A DNA stretch of 64,000 bases from positions 258,420 to 322,419 of the forward strand of contig JAPMXV010000061.1 in the NCBI GenBank assembly GCA_026936335.1. Reading direction: 5' to 3'. The notes under the pieces were generated by a model. That model had not been told where the DNA came from. It was given only the letters and a program-made list of their open reading frames with translations, and ran no database searches. This stretch comes from Mantamonas sphyraenae STR306. Lineage: Eukaryota > Protista > CRuMs. The position numbers and the translations under genes were made by a program. Numbering within the stretch: the first letter of the stretch is position 1; each line of letters starts with the position of its first letter. Positions 13,110-23,778 of this stretch are shown here, one piece after another.

Positions 13110-14376
13110 TCACATGCCCATCTGGCAAAACTCGACCATCCAGACTCGGAAAACGGCGAGGAGGTCTTGAATGACGTCCTGGTCGAGGACGCTCTTGTCG
13201 TCGGCAGCAGTGTGCCAGAAGCGAGGATATGGGGTGACGATGAGGTGAACGACAGGGACGCCGCGCTGAACAAAAGGGACATGATCGTCGGCGGACGGGA
13301 AGGGTGCGCGGCCTTCCTTGAACCAGTCGGCGCGCTGGACACGAGCGAGCTTGAGGCGTTGGAGGCGGCGGTGGATGGACTGAAGTCGTCGAAAGTGGCG
13401 TTGGGTGTTGGCAAAGTGCGAATAGAAGGCTGGGCTGGAGGAGCCGATAAGATCGAGGAGGACCATGACGCTGATGCGAGCGAGCTTGTCGTTCTCGTGC
13501 CACTGCTGGGCGAGGTGTCGTGCACCATAGCTGGAGAGATGGATGCAACGGTTTAGTGGGAGGGGTGTGAGTGGGTGCAGTGATGCGGGGGAAGGCCAAG
13601 GCGGAAATGGGGGCAACGTACATGGAGTCCGAGTTTGTCCAGCGCTCAAAGGCCTCTTCGCCGTCGAAGAAGACGAGGAGAAGGCCACGGGAGTGGGGCT
13701 GGAGCTTCAAGGCAGCTGCAGCGGCGGCAAGGTCGAGGAGCATGGCGCAGCTGACGGCGGAATCGGTGGCAGCGACAAAGTCGGGGGCGCCGGCAAGGAT
13801 CTTGGAGTCGTAGTGGGCGGCCATCATGAGGTAGGCGTGGCGTTCGTGCCCGCCATAGGTGGCGACAACGTTTGCAAACTCTCGCTCGCCATGGGGAGTG
13901 CGTTCGCGGAAGCGGTCGACGTGGACGTGAAAGCCGAGCTTTGACAAGCGAGCGATCAGGAATTGGCGGACACGAGTGTGGCCAAGGCTTCCCACAGTGC
14001 GTGGGATCATGATCTCCTGGAGATCACCGTGAAACTGGACCATATCTGTCATGTCGCGGACCTCGCGGACCGCATCCATTCCCAAGACGGGAGGAAGGTG
14101 GCTTTGGTGGCCGACCTTTTTCGGATGTCTGTGATCGCCGCTGCCGAGGGTGGAGGAGACCACGGTGTGGGCGTTGAGGGATTGGGTGCGCGAACGATGG
14201 AGAGGCTGCTCTGGAGCGAGCAGGGAGACGAGGAGGATGGAGACGGAGGCAATGGCGAGAAGGACGAGGAACAAGGCCTTCCTGCAAGCGGGGAGGGGGG
14301 TGTGGATTGAGGGCACAGTGTGAGGGCACAGAATAGGGGAGGCTGCAGGTACACGGGCAGCAGGCAGAGCGTACAT
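13110..14376 (-). CDS. QPCT: Glutaminyl-peptide cyclotransferase (M28 peptidase fold). Intron 13621..13531; probable additional intron 14374..14282
   Basis: QC motifs PRTVGS, MAAHYDSK, FVAATDSAVSCA, FFDGEEAF..W...DSIYGARHLA (rebuilt across a phase-compatible GTACGT..CAG intron), LLDLIG, DDHVPF and WHT. N-terminal hydrophobic segment ALFLVLLAIASVSILLVSLLA. Confidence 0.9.
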
Positions 14377-14441
14377 GGCGGCGGGACTCGATGCGGGAGA
14401 AGGATTGTGCAGTGGCGCGCATCGGAAAGCAAATCAACGGC

Positions 14442-16880
14442 ATGTCACAGGAAACGTCGATCAAAACGCACATCACGTCGTCCATTTGTGTAAGTGTGGC
14501 AGGGTGAGAAGTGGAACGGGGGAGAGCGCGGGGATGGGTCGGCTGGTGGAGGGGAAGAAATGGAAACTGACGCGGCGAGAGGTTGGGTCGGGCCACAGGT
14601 GTTTTGCAGGGGCAAAGACTGCAAGTGGGAGGACCACACGCGGTGGGAAGGGAACGCGCTTGATGGTCTGTTTTCGAATTGGATCACGGACGACTTGCTG
14701 GCGAGCGCCCGGCCGTCGCAACGCATCATCGAAGAGTTTAACGTGCTGGAGCAGTTCCAACAGTGAGTTTTTGCCTACAGCCACGGGTGGCGGGCGGATT
14801 GAAACCGTAGAGGGGCGGCGGGAAGGAAATGGAAGCAGAGTCGTGGGCGCTAACGCAAGTGAGACGTGTATTGTACACACAGGCAAGGGCTGGGGGCGGT
14901 GATTAACCTGCAGGAGCACGGCGAACATCCGTATTGCGGCGACGGGAATCTGAAGCACACAGGCTTTGCGTACGACCCGGACACGTTTCGAGACAACGGC
15001 AGTAGGTTGTGGACGGGGCGCGGGATGGTGAGACAGATGGGAAGGTGAGGAAGGAGCGCTGACAATTGGGGACGGTCCCCTCCGTGTCGGGCCGGAATCC
15101 CTCTTCGGCGGTGCCGGTGCGGGTTGTGCTTGCACACGCAGTTTTCTACTTTCAAATGGGGTGGCAAGACTTTGGGACACCATCCATGGAAACCATTCTG
15201 TCGATCGTGAAGCTGATCCGAAACCAGGTGGGCCAAGGACGAAAAGTGCTGATCCATTGCCACGCCGGGCTGGGACGCACGGGTCTGGTGATTGCTTGCT
15301 TCCTGGTGTATCACTTGGAGGTGGAAGCACAAGAGGCGATTGACATGGTGCGTGCGAAACGGCCACTGTCCATCCAGACAGCCGGGCAGCAAGGGTTCAT
15401 CCGGCTGTTCCAGCAGTACCTAGAGAAACAACGGACGGTGTACCCAATGCAAACGAGCGAACGCGCGTCTCTTCAGGAGATCCTTGCGCGTCAGAGTGCG
15501 CTGTACGATGCACTGGAGCTGCAACTGCAGGGGCAACTGTACCAGCCAAAACCGGTGACTGCGGTGATCAACAGGATCAAGGAGCTTGTGGAGGAAGCGG
15601 AGAATGCAAATGACTGCCGCATGGGCATGGTGACCACATTTGTGGTGGTGGATCGCGTACCGGAGCTGGACGAAAGCGAAGAGCAGACGCTGAGCGAGAT
15701 CAAACTTTCGTGCAACCAAGCCAAGTATGAGCAGTTGGCGGAGTGCACGTCGCAGGTTGTGCTGGTGCACTTGCTGCTGGACTTTCTGTCGTCTCTGACA
15801 TCGCCTGTTGTCGACAACATGACGGCAGGCACGGTGTTCAACCGGTTGCTTGGCGGAGTGGTTGACATCAACGTGAACCTGCGCTCTGTGCTGCAGATGC
15901 CCGATCTGCACGTGCGTCTGTTGATCCAACTCATCCGTTTGTTTCGTTGGCTGGACCCGGAAGAAGCGGAGCTGCGAGTGCGGCTGATGCGTGTGCTTGC
16001 ACGCGCGTTGTTGTTCACCGAACCGTACGACCACGCCGTCCTGTTTGGAGTGCCTGTGCCGAAGGAGGTGCAGAAGCTGTCACGTACGGCAAGCACAGCC
16101 ATGGAGGAGATGATGGATTGGATGAAGCACAACAGCGAGGTGGTGATCCAACAGAAGGACCAGCTGGCGATCAGCAGCCCGGTGTCGTGGTTTTTTGGGG
16201 CCGAGGCCGAACGGCAAGCGAATAAGAACCACACGTTTGCACTGGAGGTGGACCAGGAGCAAGAGGCTCACGACGGGGCGAGTCAGACGAGTCAGACGAC
16301 AGATGAAGGTGAAACGCAGGTGGTGGAGATCACCACGGAACCCCAGGATCCCGAGGCCACGGAAGGCGTAGAGAAGCCAGATGCGGAAACGACGGGTGAA
16401 GCAGAGGTGGAAAGCAATGCAGCGGCCGAGGCCGAGGCCGAGGCCGAAGCCGAAGCCGAAGCCGAGTCTGTGGAGGTGGACGAGGGGACGGAGCTGGACA
16501 AAATGCTGCGGGAGGAAATCACGAGTACGATCGAGCGTCAGGGAAAGCGGAACGAGAAGCTGGAAGCAGCACGAGTGGCTGCCGAGTTGGAGGCAAAGGC
16601 CAAGGCAGAAGCAGAGGCGTCGGGCAAGAGTTTGCCGACACATTGGAGCAGCGAGCTGTCGCTGCCGTCGAACAACGAGGGCCTGCTGGAGGATGGGTTC
16701 ATCGACTTTGTGAACCGCACAGACCGGGTGATCAATCTGCCCATTGCCAGTGCGTCGGCGTCGTCAGATCCGTCGGTGCCCAAGATCCAGGTGATTTTTG
16801 AACAGGACATTGTGTCTGTGTGGGCTGTGTTTCTCGGCAAGATTGTGTACGAGAGCTCGTGGGACCCCAGCTATGGGTGA
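14442..16880 (+). CDS. PTPDC1: Protein tyrosine phosphatase domain-containing protein 1. Model join(14442..14489,14599..14762,14883..15001,15142..16880)
   Basis: PTPDC1 signatures C..FC.GKDCKWE, GLFSNWITDDLLASARPS, VINLQEHGEHPYCG, GFAYDP, GWQDFG and catalytic HCHAGLGRTG. Three phase-compatible GT-AG introns. Acidic low-complexity C-terminal region. Confidence 0.9.
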
Positions 16881-16926
16881 ATGGGAGAGAACGGGAGAAC
16901 AGGGAATGAATGGGGAAAAGGAACAG

Positions 16927-17613
16927 TCATGGTTCAATTTGGACATCTGTGGTGGTTGTGGTGGTTGTTGTAGTAGTGGTGGTTGTGTCGGTTGAGCTGC
17001 TGGCTTGCTCAGGGTCGGGCTGTGCGTCAGAGTCGGACTGTTCCGTGGTGCCTGCGCTTTTCTTGGTCTTGCCGGCAAAGCAGCCGTGGCAGCCGCAGTT
17101 GGGGCACTCGATGAGCTTCTTGCCAGACACTTTGGAGCGACAAATGCAGACGGTGCCGAAGGACGTCTTTGTGGTGTCGATACAGGCTAGACAACAGAGG
17201 TTTTGGTAGCCAGGCTGTGTTGAAGGTGTTGGATGGGGATGCGGGTCGAGGTGAGGAAAAGGCGTTGGCAACGGGGGTGGGGAACGGGAAAGCACGGGAG
17301 GCGCGCGTTCCGACTTGGGACGGACCTTTTTCCACTTTGCAATGAGGTTTGCATCTGCATACTTCTCCTTGAGGCAGTACTGGTAGACCTTTCTGTCGAT
17401 GGCATGTTCGTTGTAAAACATGTCGTAGATGTAGCGCGAGCGCTGATGATGGATGCGGATCACAGGCCAGAGCGACTCGGTCTTGCGCTTGCCCTCGTGT
17501 GGCTCTGCCTCTGCCTCGCGCATCATTTCTTCAAATTCATCCAGCTTGTCTTCGAGGACCTCGAAGCCCTTGGGCACGCGTTTGCGCTTCTTGCTGGTGC
17601 GAACTTTGGGCAT
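16927..17613 (-). CDS. BUD31: Pre-mRNA splicing factor BUD31/G10, with a 111-nt in-frame intron 17325..17215
   Basis: MPKVR...[27 protein letters not shown]...[11 protein letters not shown]|[12 protein letters not shown]...CICR...EC.NCGCHGC. Removing the GTCCGT..CAG intron restores the canonical KWKKPGY. Confidence 0.95.
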   Translation of the reverse strand: MPKVRTSKKRKRVPKGFEVLEDKLDEFEEMMREAEAEPHEGKRKTESLWPVIRIHHQRSRYIYDMFYNEHAIDRKVYQYCLKEKYADANLIAKWKKVRPKSERAPPVLSRSPPPLPTPFPHLDPHPHPTPSTQPGYQNLCCLACIDTTKTSFGTVCICRSKVSGKKLIECPNCGCHGCFAGKTKKSAGTTEQSDSDAQPDPEQASSSTDTTTTTTTTTTTTTDVQIEP

Positions 17614-17658
17614 TTTGCTGGCTTGGTGAGCGAGAGGAGATGTGATGGAAAGCGAAGA

Positions 17659-19600
17659 TCAGTCGTTTTTGTTCATGGACGTGGTGCGCACAGTGATGGG
17701 AAGGGAGTAGGCCTCTGCGCGTTCAACCGGGTCCAGACCAGAGCGCTGATTCCGGCGGACAGATTCGCGAATGCGAACGATGGCGATGAGCGCAGCCGTG
17801 ATGACGAGAGTGAGGAATAGATAGGGGGTGCGGGAGTGGCCTTCTTCGTCGAACCGTTCGGACTCTGTGGAGATTGTGTTTGTGGATGCGATTCCAGAGT
17901 CATTGTCATCGACGTTTGCTCGAGGAGAGGGTGTGGGTGATGGGTGATGTCTGTCTTTGTGCGATGCTGGCAAAGGGGTGGGTGTCGCGGTGGAAGGGGT
18001 AGTAGTGCGGTCCGTGGGGCTGTCGTTGGACGTGGGCTTGGTTGTGGGCTTGGGTGTGGGAACTGGGGTGGCGGTTTGGTGTTCGTCGTCCCAGGGTTCG
18101 CTCCACGGGTCTGGCGTGGGGGTGGGGATGGGTGTGGGATCCTCTTCGTCATTGGTGTCGGAGGTAGGAGTGGGTGTGGGCTCATGTTCGTGATTGCGAC
18201 CGGGTGTAGGAGCGGAGGTAGGAGTGGGTGTGGGATCCTCTTCGTCATTGGTGTCGGAGGTAGGAGTGGGTGTGGGCTCATGTTCGTGATTGAGACCGGG
18301 TGTAGGAGCGGAGGTAGGAGTGGGTGTGGGCTCATGTTCGTCATAAGCGTGGGGTGCTCCTTAGGAGAGTAGGAGAAGAAGCTTATGTTCATGATTGAGA
18401 CCACTGGGTGTAGAGTAGGAGAGGTAGAAGGTGTGGTGTGGGCTGCTCCTCGTCATAAGCGTCGGGAGTAGGAGAGGAGTGGGTGTGGGCTTGGGGTGCT
18501 CCTCGTCATTGGAGTCGGGTGTAGGAGCGGAGTAGGTGTGGGTGTGGGCTCATGTTCGTCATAAGCGTCGGGATGCTCCTCGTCAGTGGGTGTCGGGAGT
18601 ATGTTCATGATTGAGACCGGGTGCCACTGGGAGCGGAGTAGGAGTAAGAAGGTGTGGGTGTGGGCTCATGTTCGTCATAAGCGTCGGGATTAGGAGTGGG
18701 TGTGGGCTCTTCGTGATTGAGACCGGGTGTAGGAGAGGGAGAAGGTGTGGGAGTGGTGTGCTGAGTAGGAGAAGAAGAAGGAGTGGGAGTGGGGTGCTCC
18801 TCGTCAGTGGGTTCGGGAGTAGGAGAGGAAGAAGGAGTGGGAGTGGGGTGCTCCTCGTCATTGGGTTCGTGATTGCGACCGGGTGTAGGAGAGGGAGAAG
18901 GTGTGGGAGTGGGGTGCTCCTCGTCATTGGTGTGTAGGAGAGAGGGAGAAGGTGTGGGAGTGGGGTGCTGAGTAGGAGAGGAAGAAGGTGTGGGAGTGGG
19001 GTGCTCCTCGTCAGTGGTGTCGGGAGTAGGAGAGGAAGAAGGAGTGGGAGTGGGGTGCTCCTCGTCAGTGGTTTCAGGAGTAGGAGAGGAAGAAGGAGTG
19101 GGTGTGTGATCCCCTTTGCCACTGGGTTCAGGAGTAGGAGAGGGAGTAGGTGTAGGTGTGGGAGTGGGGTTCTCCTCGTCTTCCCATGTGTGTCATCCCA
19201 CGGGTCTGGATGGGTGGCTGTCTGTCGGTGTGGGCTTTGGAGAGCTCTCTGTGTTTCCCTTCTCCCCCGTCGTTTGCGGCGTCGTCGTTTCATGCGTGCC
19301 TGCTTGCGCTGCCCCAGATTCCCCAGCGTTCTCCTCGCCATTTCCGCTTTCGCCATCTTCCGTTTCCTGGCCGTGCGTCTGACCCGGTGGCCAATTTTGC
19401 CCATCCATGGGATCATTCCCGTGCTCATCATCCCAATCAATATCTGCACAAAGTGCGCCCGGTTGCTCACAGTGTTAGGCATGGTGCTGCGCCTTTTGAT
19501 CTGTCCGCAGAACCACTCGCTCACCTTCTGGGTCGTCATCCACAGCTACCGCAGCAACTAGCACCAATGCAAGCACGATGAACAATGGTCCAAACTTCAT
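17659..19600 (-). CDS. Mucin-like type I membrane protein with Pro/Thr/Ser and Asp/Glu/His repeats; frame is disrupted in this sequence
   Basis: Signal peptide MKFGPLFIVLALVLVAAVA at 19600, a GTGAGC..CAG intron, an acidic segment, then repeats such as TDEEHPTPTPSSSPTP and PGLNHEHEPTPTPTS. TM segment YLFLTLVITAALIAIV and a short tail. There is an in-frame TGA at 19193-19195 and several 1-nt indels at ~18350-18660 (assembly error or decay). Confidence 0.6.
18100..19180. repeat. Degenerate coding minisatellite (PTPT/DEEH/HEHE units)
   Basis: Recurring blocks ggagtggggtgctcctcgtca, gtaggagaggaagaagg and tgggctcatgttcgt. Confidence 0.85.
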
Positions 19601-19616
19601 TGTGCGTTTGCTCTGC

Positions 19617-22600
19617 CTACGTCGCCGCACGGCTCAGCTCATCCACCAGAGTGTGAATGACTTCCACATCGATTCCTCCCATCTCTGCCGCCACTTCCTT
19701 CATCTTGTCTGCGTCCAGGTCGTGCCACAACTCAATCAGATCTCCGTCCACAAACCCGTGCGCCTTGTTTGTGCGTCGTTCCGTTCGGAAGCTGCGCCAC
19801 TCGGCGTGGTCAAACCCGCCCACACCATGTACACACTTGGCCATGGCTGTCTCCAATCGCTGACAGAACACAAACAAGTTCTTGGGCAGGCTGAGAATCA
19901 CTCCGATGACCCCGTTTACCGTGCCAAACAGCCGTGTTGGAAAGCGCACCTTGCCGTCTTCGTTGTCAACCGCGTTTGCCAGCGACCCCTCCACGATGCT
20001 GTTCACAAACTCGCCCACGTGGAACTCACCCGCCAGCACCAGCCTCGCACGTTCCTCCTCCGATGCGCTGTCGCTGCGCATCAGACTGAACAGGTTGTGG
20101 CTGTTCTCGGCCCCAATGAACGTTTCGCTGTCCAGAAAGTCCACCGCACACGTCCAGTTGGGCTGATGGTCACGTGCAAGCTCTTCAATGGCCCCGTCCA
20201 TGCTGTTGTACTTCAGCAGACTCACAGACTTCATCAGGTCGCCGACGAGGATAAAGTCACCGCGAGACTTTACATACAATGCAAGCACGTGGCCGTGATT
20301 GTTGCACTCCACCGTCAGCGCCTTTCCGCCGTCTTCGGTGTCCTGCACCTCGTGCAATTGAACCTTGCTGTTGATCCCAGCCAGCAGCTTGCCGTTAAAC
20401 TCGCACAGCGAGTAGACAGCCCCGGTGGTCTCCTTCTCTGCGGCCAGAACCAGGCGTCCGTCCGCCACGTAAAACAGCAAAATGCGCCCCCGTTGGCTGT
20501 CGCGCTCGTTTGGCAGCGCATACGCAGTGCCCACCGCAAAATACTCGCGCTCGTCGTCGCCAAAGCGGGCCGACAACAGGCTGCACCCGTTCTCAAAAGC
20601 GTCCAGCTGGTACGAGTGCATCATGTCAAACGTCTGGTCGTTCAACAACTTGACGTAGTTGGTCTCGTTCTCAGAGCCTTCGTCCTCAGAGGTAAAGTGC
20701 ACCGTCAGCACTGCAAACGTGCCCGAGCTTTCCTGGTGACACAAGCGGCGGGGCATTTCGCCCAGCGGCACACTGTGGATGTGCAATTTCTGGATGTCGT
20801 CCACTGTGCCAATGATCAGCTCGTCGGCCGTGGTGACGGCCAGGGCGCCTGGAAACGCTTCCGAGTCAAACGTGCACATGCAGCCAACCTTGGGCAGGTT
20901 GACGTTGGAAAACTGCAGCTTGCGCGAGCTACCGTAGACGACGGTGGATCGATCGGAGGCACAGAACACATGCTCGGCGTCACCGACTTGAAAGGCGGTG
21001 AGCTGAAGCGGTTGCGTGGCCAGGCTGACCTTCTTGCGCGCAGCAAGCGCCCCCGCATCGGTGTCGATGACAAAGGTGATGAGTTGACCGTCAGCAAGGC
21101 CAGCCATGAGGTAGGCCACGTCCTCAAACACAGTCATGAGCAGAGAGCGCGCGATGTACTCGTCACTCAGCTGTTCGGTGAGCAGCACGGAGAGGTTGGG
21201 CACGTCCAAGAGTCGCACGCACATGTCTGTCCATGTACCGACGGCCACAAGGTCGGACGACGTACCTTCGGCAGAGATGGGATGAATGTCGATGCAGGAA
21301 ATCTCGTTGTCCAGGGTGGTGGAATTGAGCAGGTCCAATGAGCCCTGGCCGATCTCCAACAGGTGGACAAAGCCTCCAGACAGGCCCAGAGCTACCTGGG
21401 TGCTGTTGACGTCGGCCACGTTGATGCGCTGGCCCTCGGATGGGGTGTAGGAGGCGAGCCGTTCGTGAGTAGCCGCGTCGATGAGGTGCACGTCAGTGTC
21501 GGTGACCTGGACGAGCTGCGTGTGCGCGACGTCTGCACACGCCAGCGTTTGCTTGTCGTGGTCGAATCCAGGCATGATCACAGTGTCGTCTTCGCTGCCA
21601 ATGGCAAGCACGTGAGTCTGGTCGATGAAAGAGAGGACGAGGAGCTGGTCAAGGCCAGAGTCGGCGTCCTTGAGCGACCACATTCCGTTGACACCGGTAA
21701 CCTCCATGGTGGCCTGGCTGTTGATACCAATGCCAGAGCGGACGACGCGAAGGGAGCCGTCCTTGAAGGCGTTGGAGGCGCAGACCACTTGGCTCTGGCC
21801 CTGGCGCTCGAGGTCAACGAGAGCCATGTCGACAATGGGACCGAGGTTTGCAAATTCGCGCACAGGCTCGATGAACGAGCCATCCTCGTCGGCCTCTGCG
21901 TGGAGCTTGACGAGGTGCGAGTCGCCGTACTTTGAGCCGCAATAGACGTAGCTGTTGTCCAGGTAGCTGATGCAGGAGAGGCAGGTTGTCTCGCCCAGGG
22001 TTTCCAGCTTGAGGGATTCGACGGTGTCGTTGTTGTGCACGAGCATCAGAGCCATGAGGTTTCCGACATGGTCGCCAAGGAGGTAGCGCCCCAAATCGAT
22101 GGACTCGACGGCTTTAATGACGGCAAGGCGCATGTTGATGCTCTTGAAAAAGGCACCGCTGTGGTAGGTGATGGACTCTTCGCCGAAAATGATGGCGCCT
22201 CCAAGTGGGGGGGGTACGGCGACCAGTTTCGAGGAGCCGAGTTCGACGTTGTTCTGCTGCCAGGGTCCGTCGACCAGCTCCTTGGACTTGAGGTTGATGC
22301 TGTAGGTCTTGAGGTGGCGCTGTTGGCGTACATCCTGGTAGAGGATGAGGATGGTGGGCTGATCCTGGGCGTGCAAAAAGACGAGGTCCAAGACGTACAG
22401 CTCGTCGAGGCGGACATTGAAGGCTTCTTGCAGGTTGCCGTTGTCTGCAACGGGGATGATCTTGAGCAGGCCGTCGACAAAGTGTGCGCCGATGCAACGG
22501 GCCTGTGGATCGACGCTGCAGAGGTAGCCAACATCAGCGGGGCGGCCGACCTTGTCGGCAAGATCGCCACCAGCCACAGTCACAATGTTGCCGTCTTGGA

Positions 22601-23598
22601 ACGAGAGGATGGCAAACTTGTAGCGCTCGAGCACAACGAGGAGGTTATGCTGATGGGAGTTCTGAAGGAAATGGGCACGGTCAACAGGGAGAGGGGTGGG
22701 CGTGGTAAGTTTGTGGGCAGTTTGGGGGGTGGGGGCCGAAAGGGAATGGAATGCCGTACGTCTGATCGGAAGGGCTCAAGGATAGCGACTCGACCGTAGA
22801 TGGGCACCTCGAGAAGAGGCTGGACGCCCTCGGGGGTCAAAAGATGGACTTCGAGACGTGTGGACTTGCTGCGAGAGGGCGGCGGGATGGATGAACGGCC
22901 GGATGTGCGGGAAGGGGTGAGCTCGGGGCATTTTTGGTGGCAGAGAGCGCAGGAGAGGGAATGAGACAGATGGATAGGGTGAGCAACGTACCAGATGATG
23001 AGGTTTGTGTCTGAGGGCGATGTGAAGTGTGCAGTGACTGCGAGGTGGAAGGAGGTTGTCGGGATGACGTAAAGGCGAAGGAGGGAGGCGGAAGTGAGCG
23101 GCCAAGGCGGAATCGAGGGCGAAGCGCAGGGCGGCTGGGAAGTTGCAGGAAGGCGTACCGGAATGGGTGACTGCTGTGGGCGGCTGTGCAGTGACAACAT
23201 AGTTGTACGAGTTGCCGTCATATCCGCCGAGAGCCTCAGGGTCGCTGTGTAGGGGCCGGAGAAGTGCAGTGGGGGGTGTGATCAAAACGACGTCGTTTGT
23301 GTCAGCTGGCCAAGGTTGCGGCGAAGCACCGGTGGACAAAGGGAAGACATGGAAGAGAGGACGTGGAGTTGGACAGGAGACTGGGTCGTGGTGGAACGTG
23401 CAGGGCCAGCGGTGGATGGGTGACGGAGTGGGGAGGCAATACGTACAAGTTGGTTGCCCAGTCTGCAAGCTGCGAGGCCTCGGACGAGTCCGCAGGGCCC
23501 GGTGAGGCAGTTGGCTTCTCGTCGGCGAGGTCCATGGCCGATGAGGAGGCCGACGAGCTGCTTGAACTGCTGCTGCTGCTGCTGCTGCTGCTGCTCAT
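19617..23598 (-). CDS. DDB1: DNA damage-binding protein 1 (CUL4 adaptor). Model join(23598..23447,23244..23159,23037..22992,22868..22760,22661..19617)
   Basis: SYNYVVTAQPPTAV, HFTSPSDTNLII, TRLEV, NLGPIVDM, DLERQGQSQVV, KDGSLRVVRSGIGI, IDDIQKLHI-like motif, GDFILVGDLMKS and GFVDGDLIE. All four introns join in phase. Confidence 0.95.
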
Positions 23599-23778
23599 GG
23601 TGTTTGTCAGAGGGGTTTGGGTGGCTGCATCGACGCAGTCCTCACGTGACAAGCAGGAAGCGCCAACTCAGTCTTTGGGATACGATCCGGCATGAGGATT
23701 GCCACCCCATGGGTTGCACTTGGAAGGCCGCCTGGGCCAAGCCAACGAAATAGAAAAACTTCAGAGCATCGTTTGCCA

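Noticed and set aside
12433-13530. 647-aa ORF read as one protein overlapping the Nudix gene
   Set aside because: The true QC frame shifts at the 13621-13531 intron and stops at 13110; the remainder is off-frame read-through.
19193-19195. In-frame TGA as selenocysteine or an alternative genetic code
   Set aside because: TGA terminates many genes here, and the local sequence is better explained by compensating indels.
19578-22799. + strand ORFs of 587 and 254 aa
   Set aside because: Antisense shadows of DDB1.
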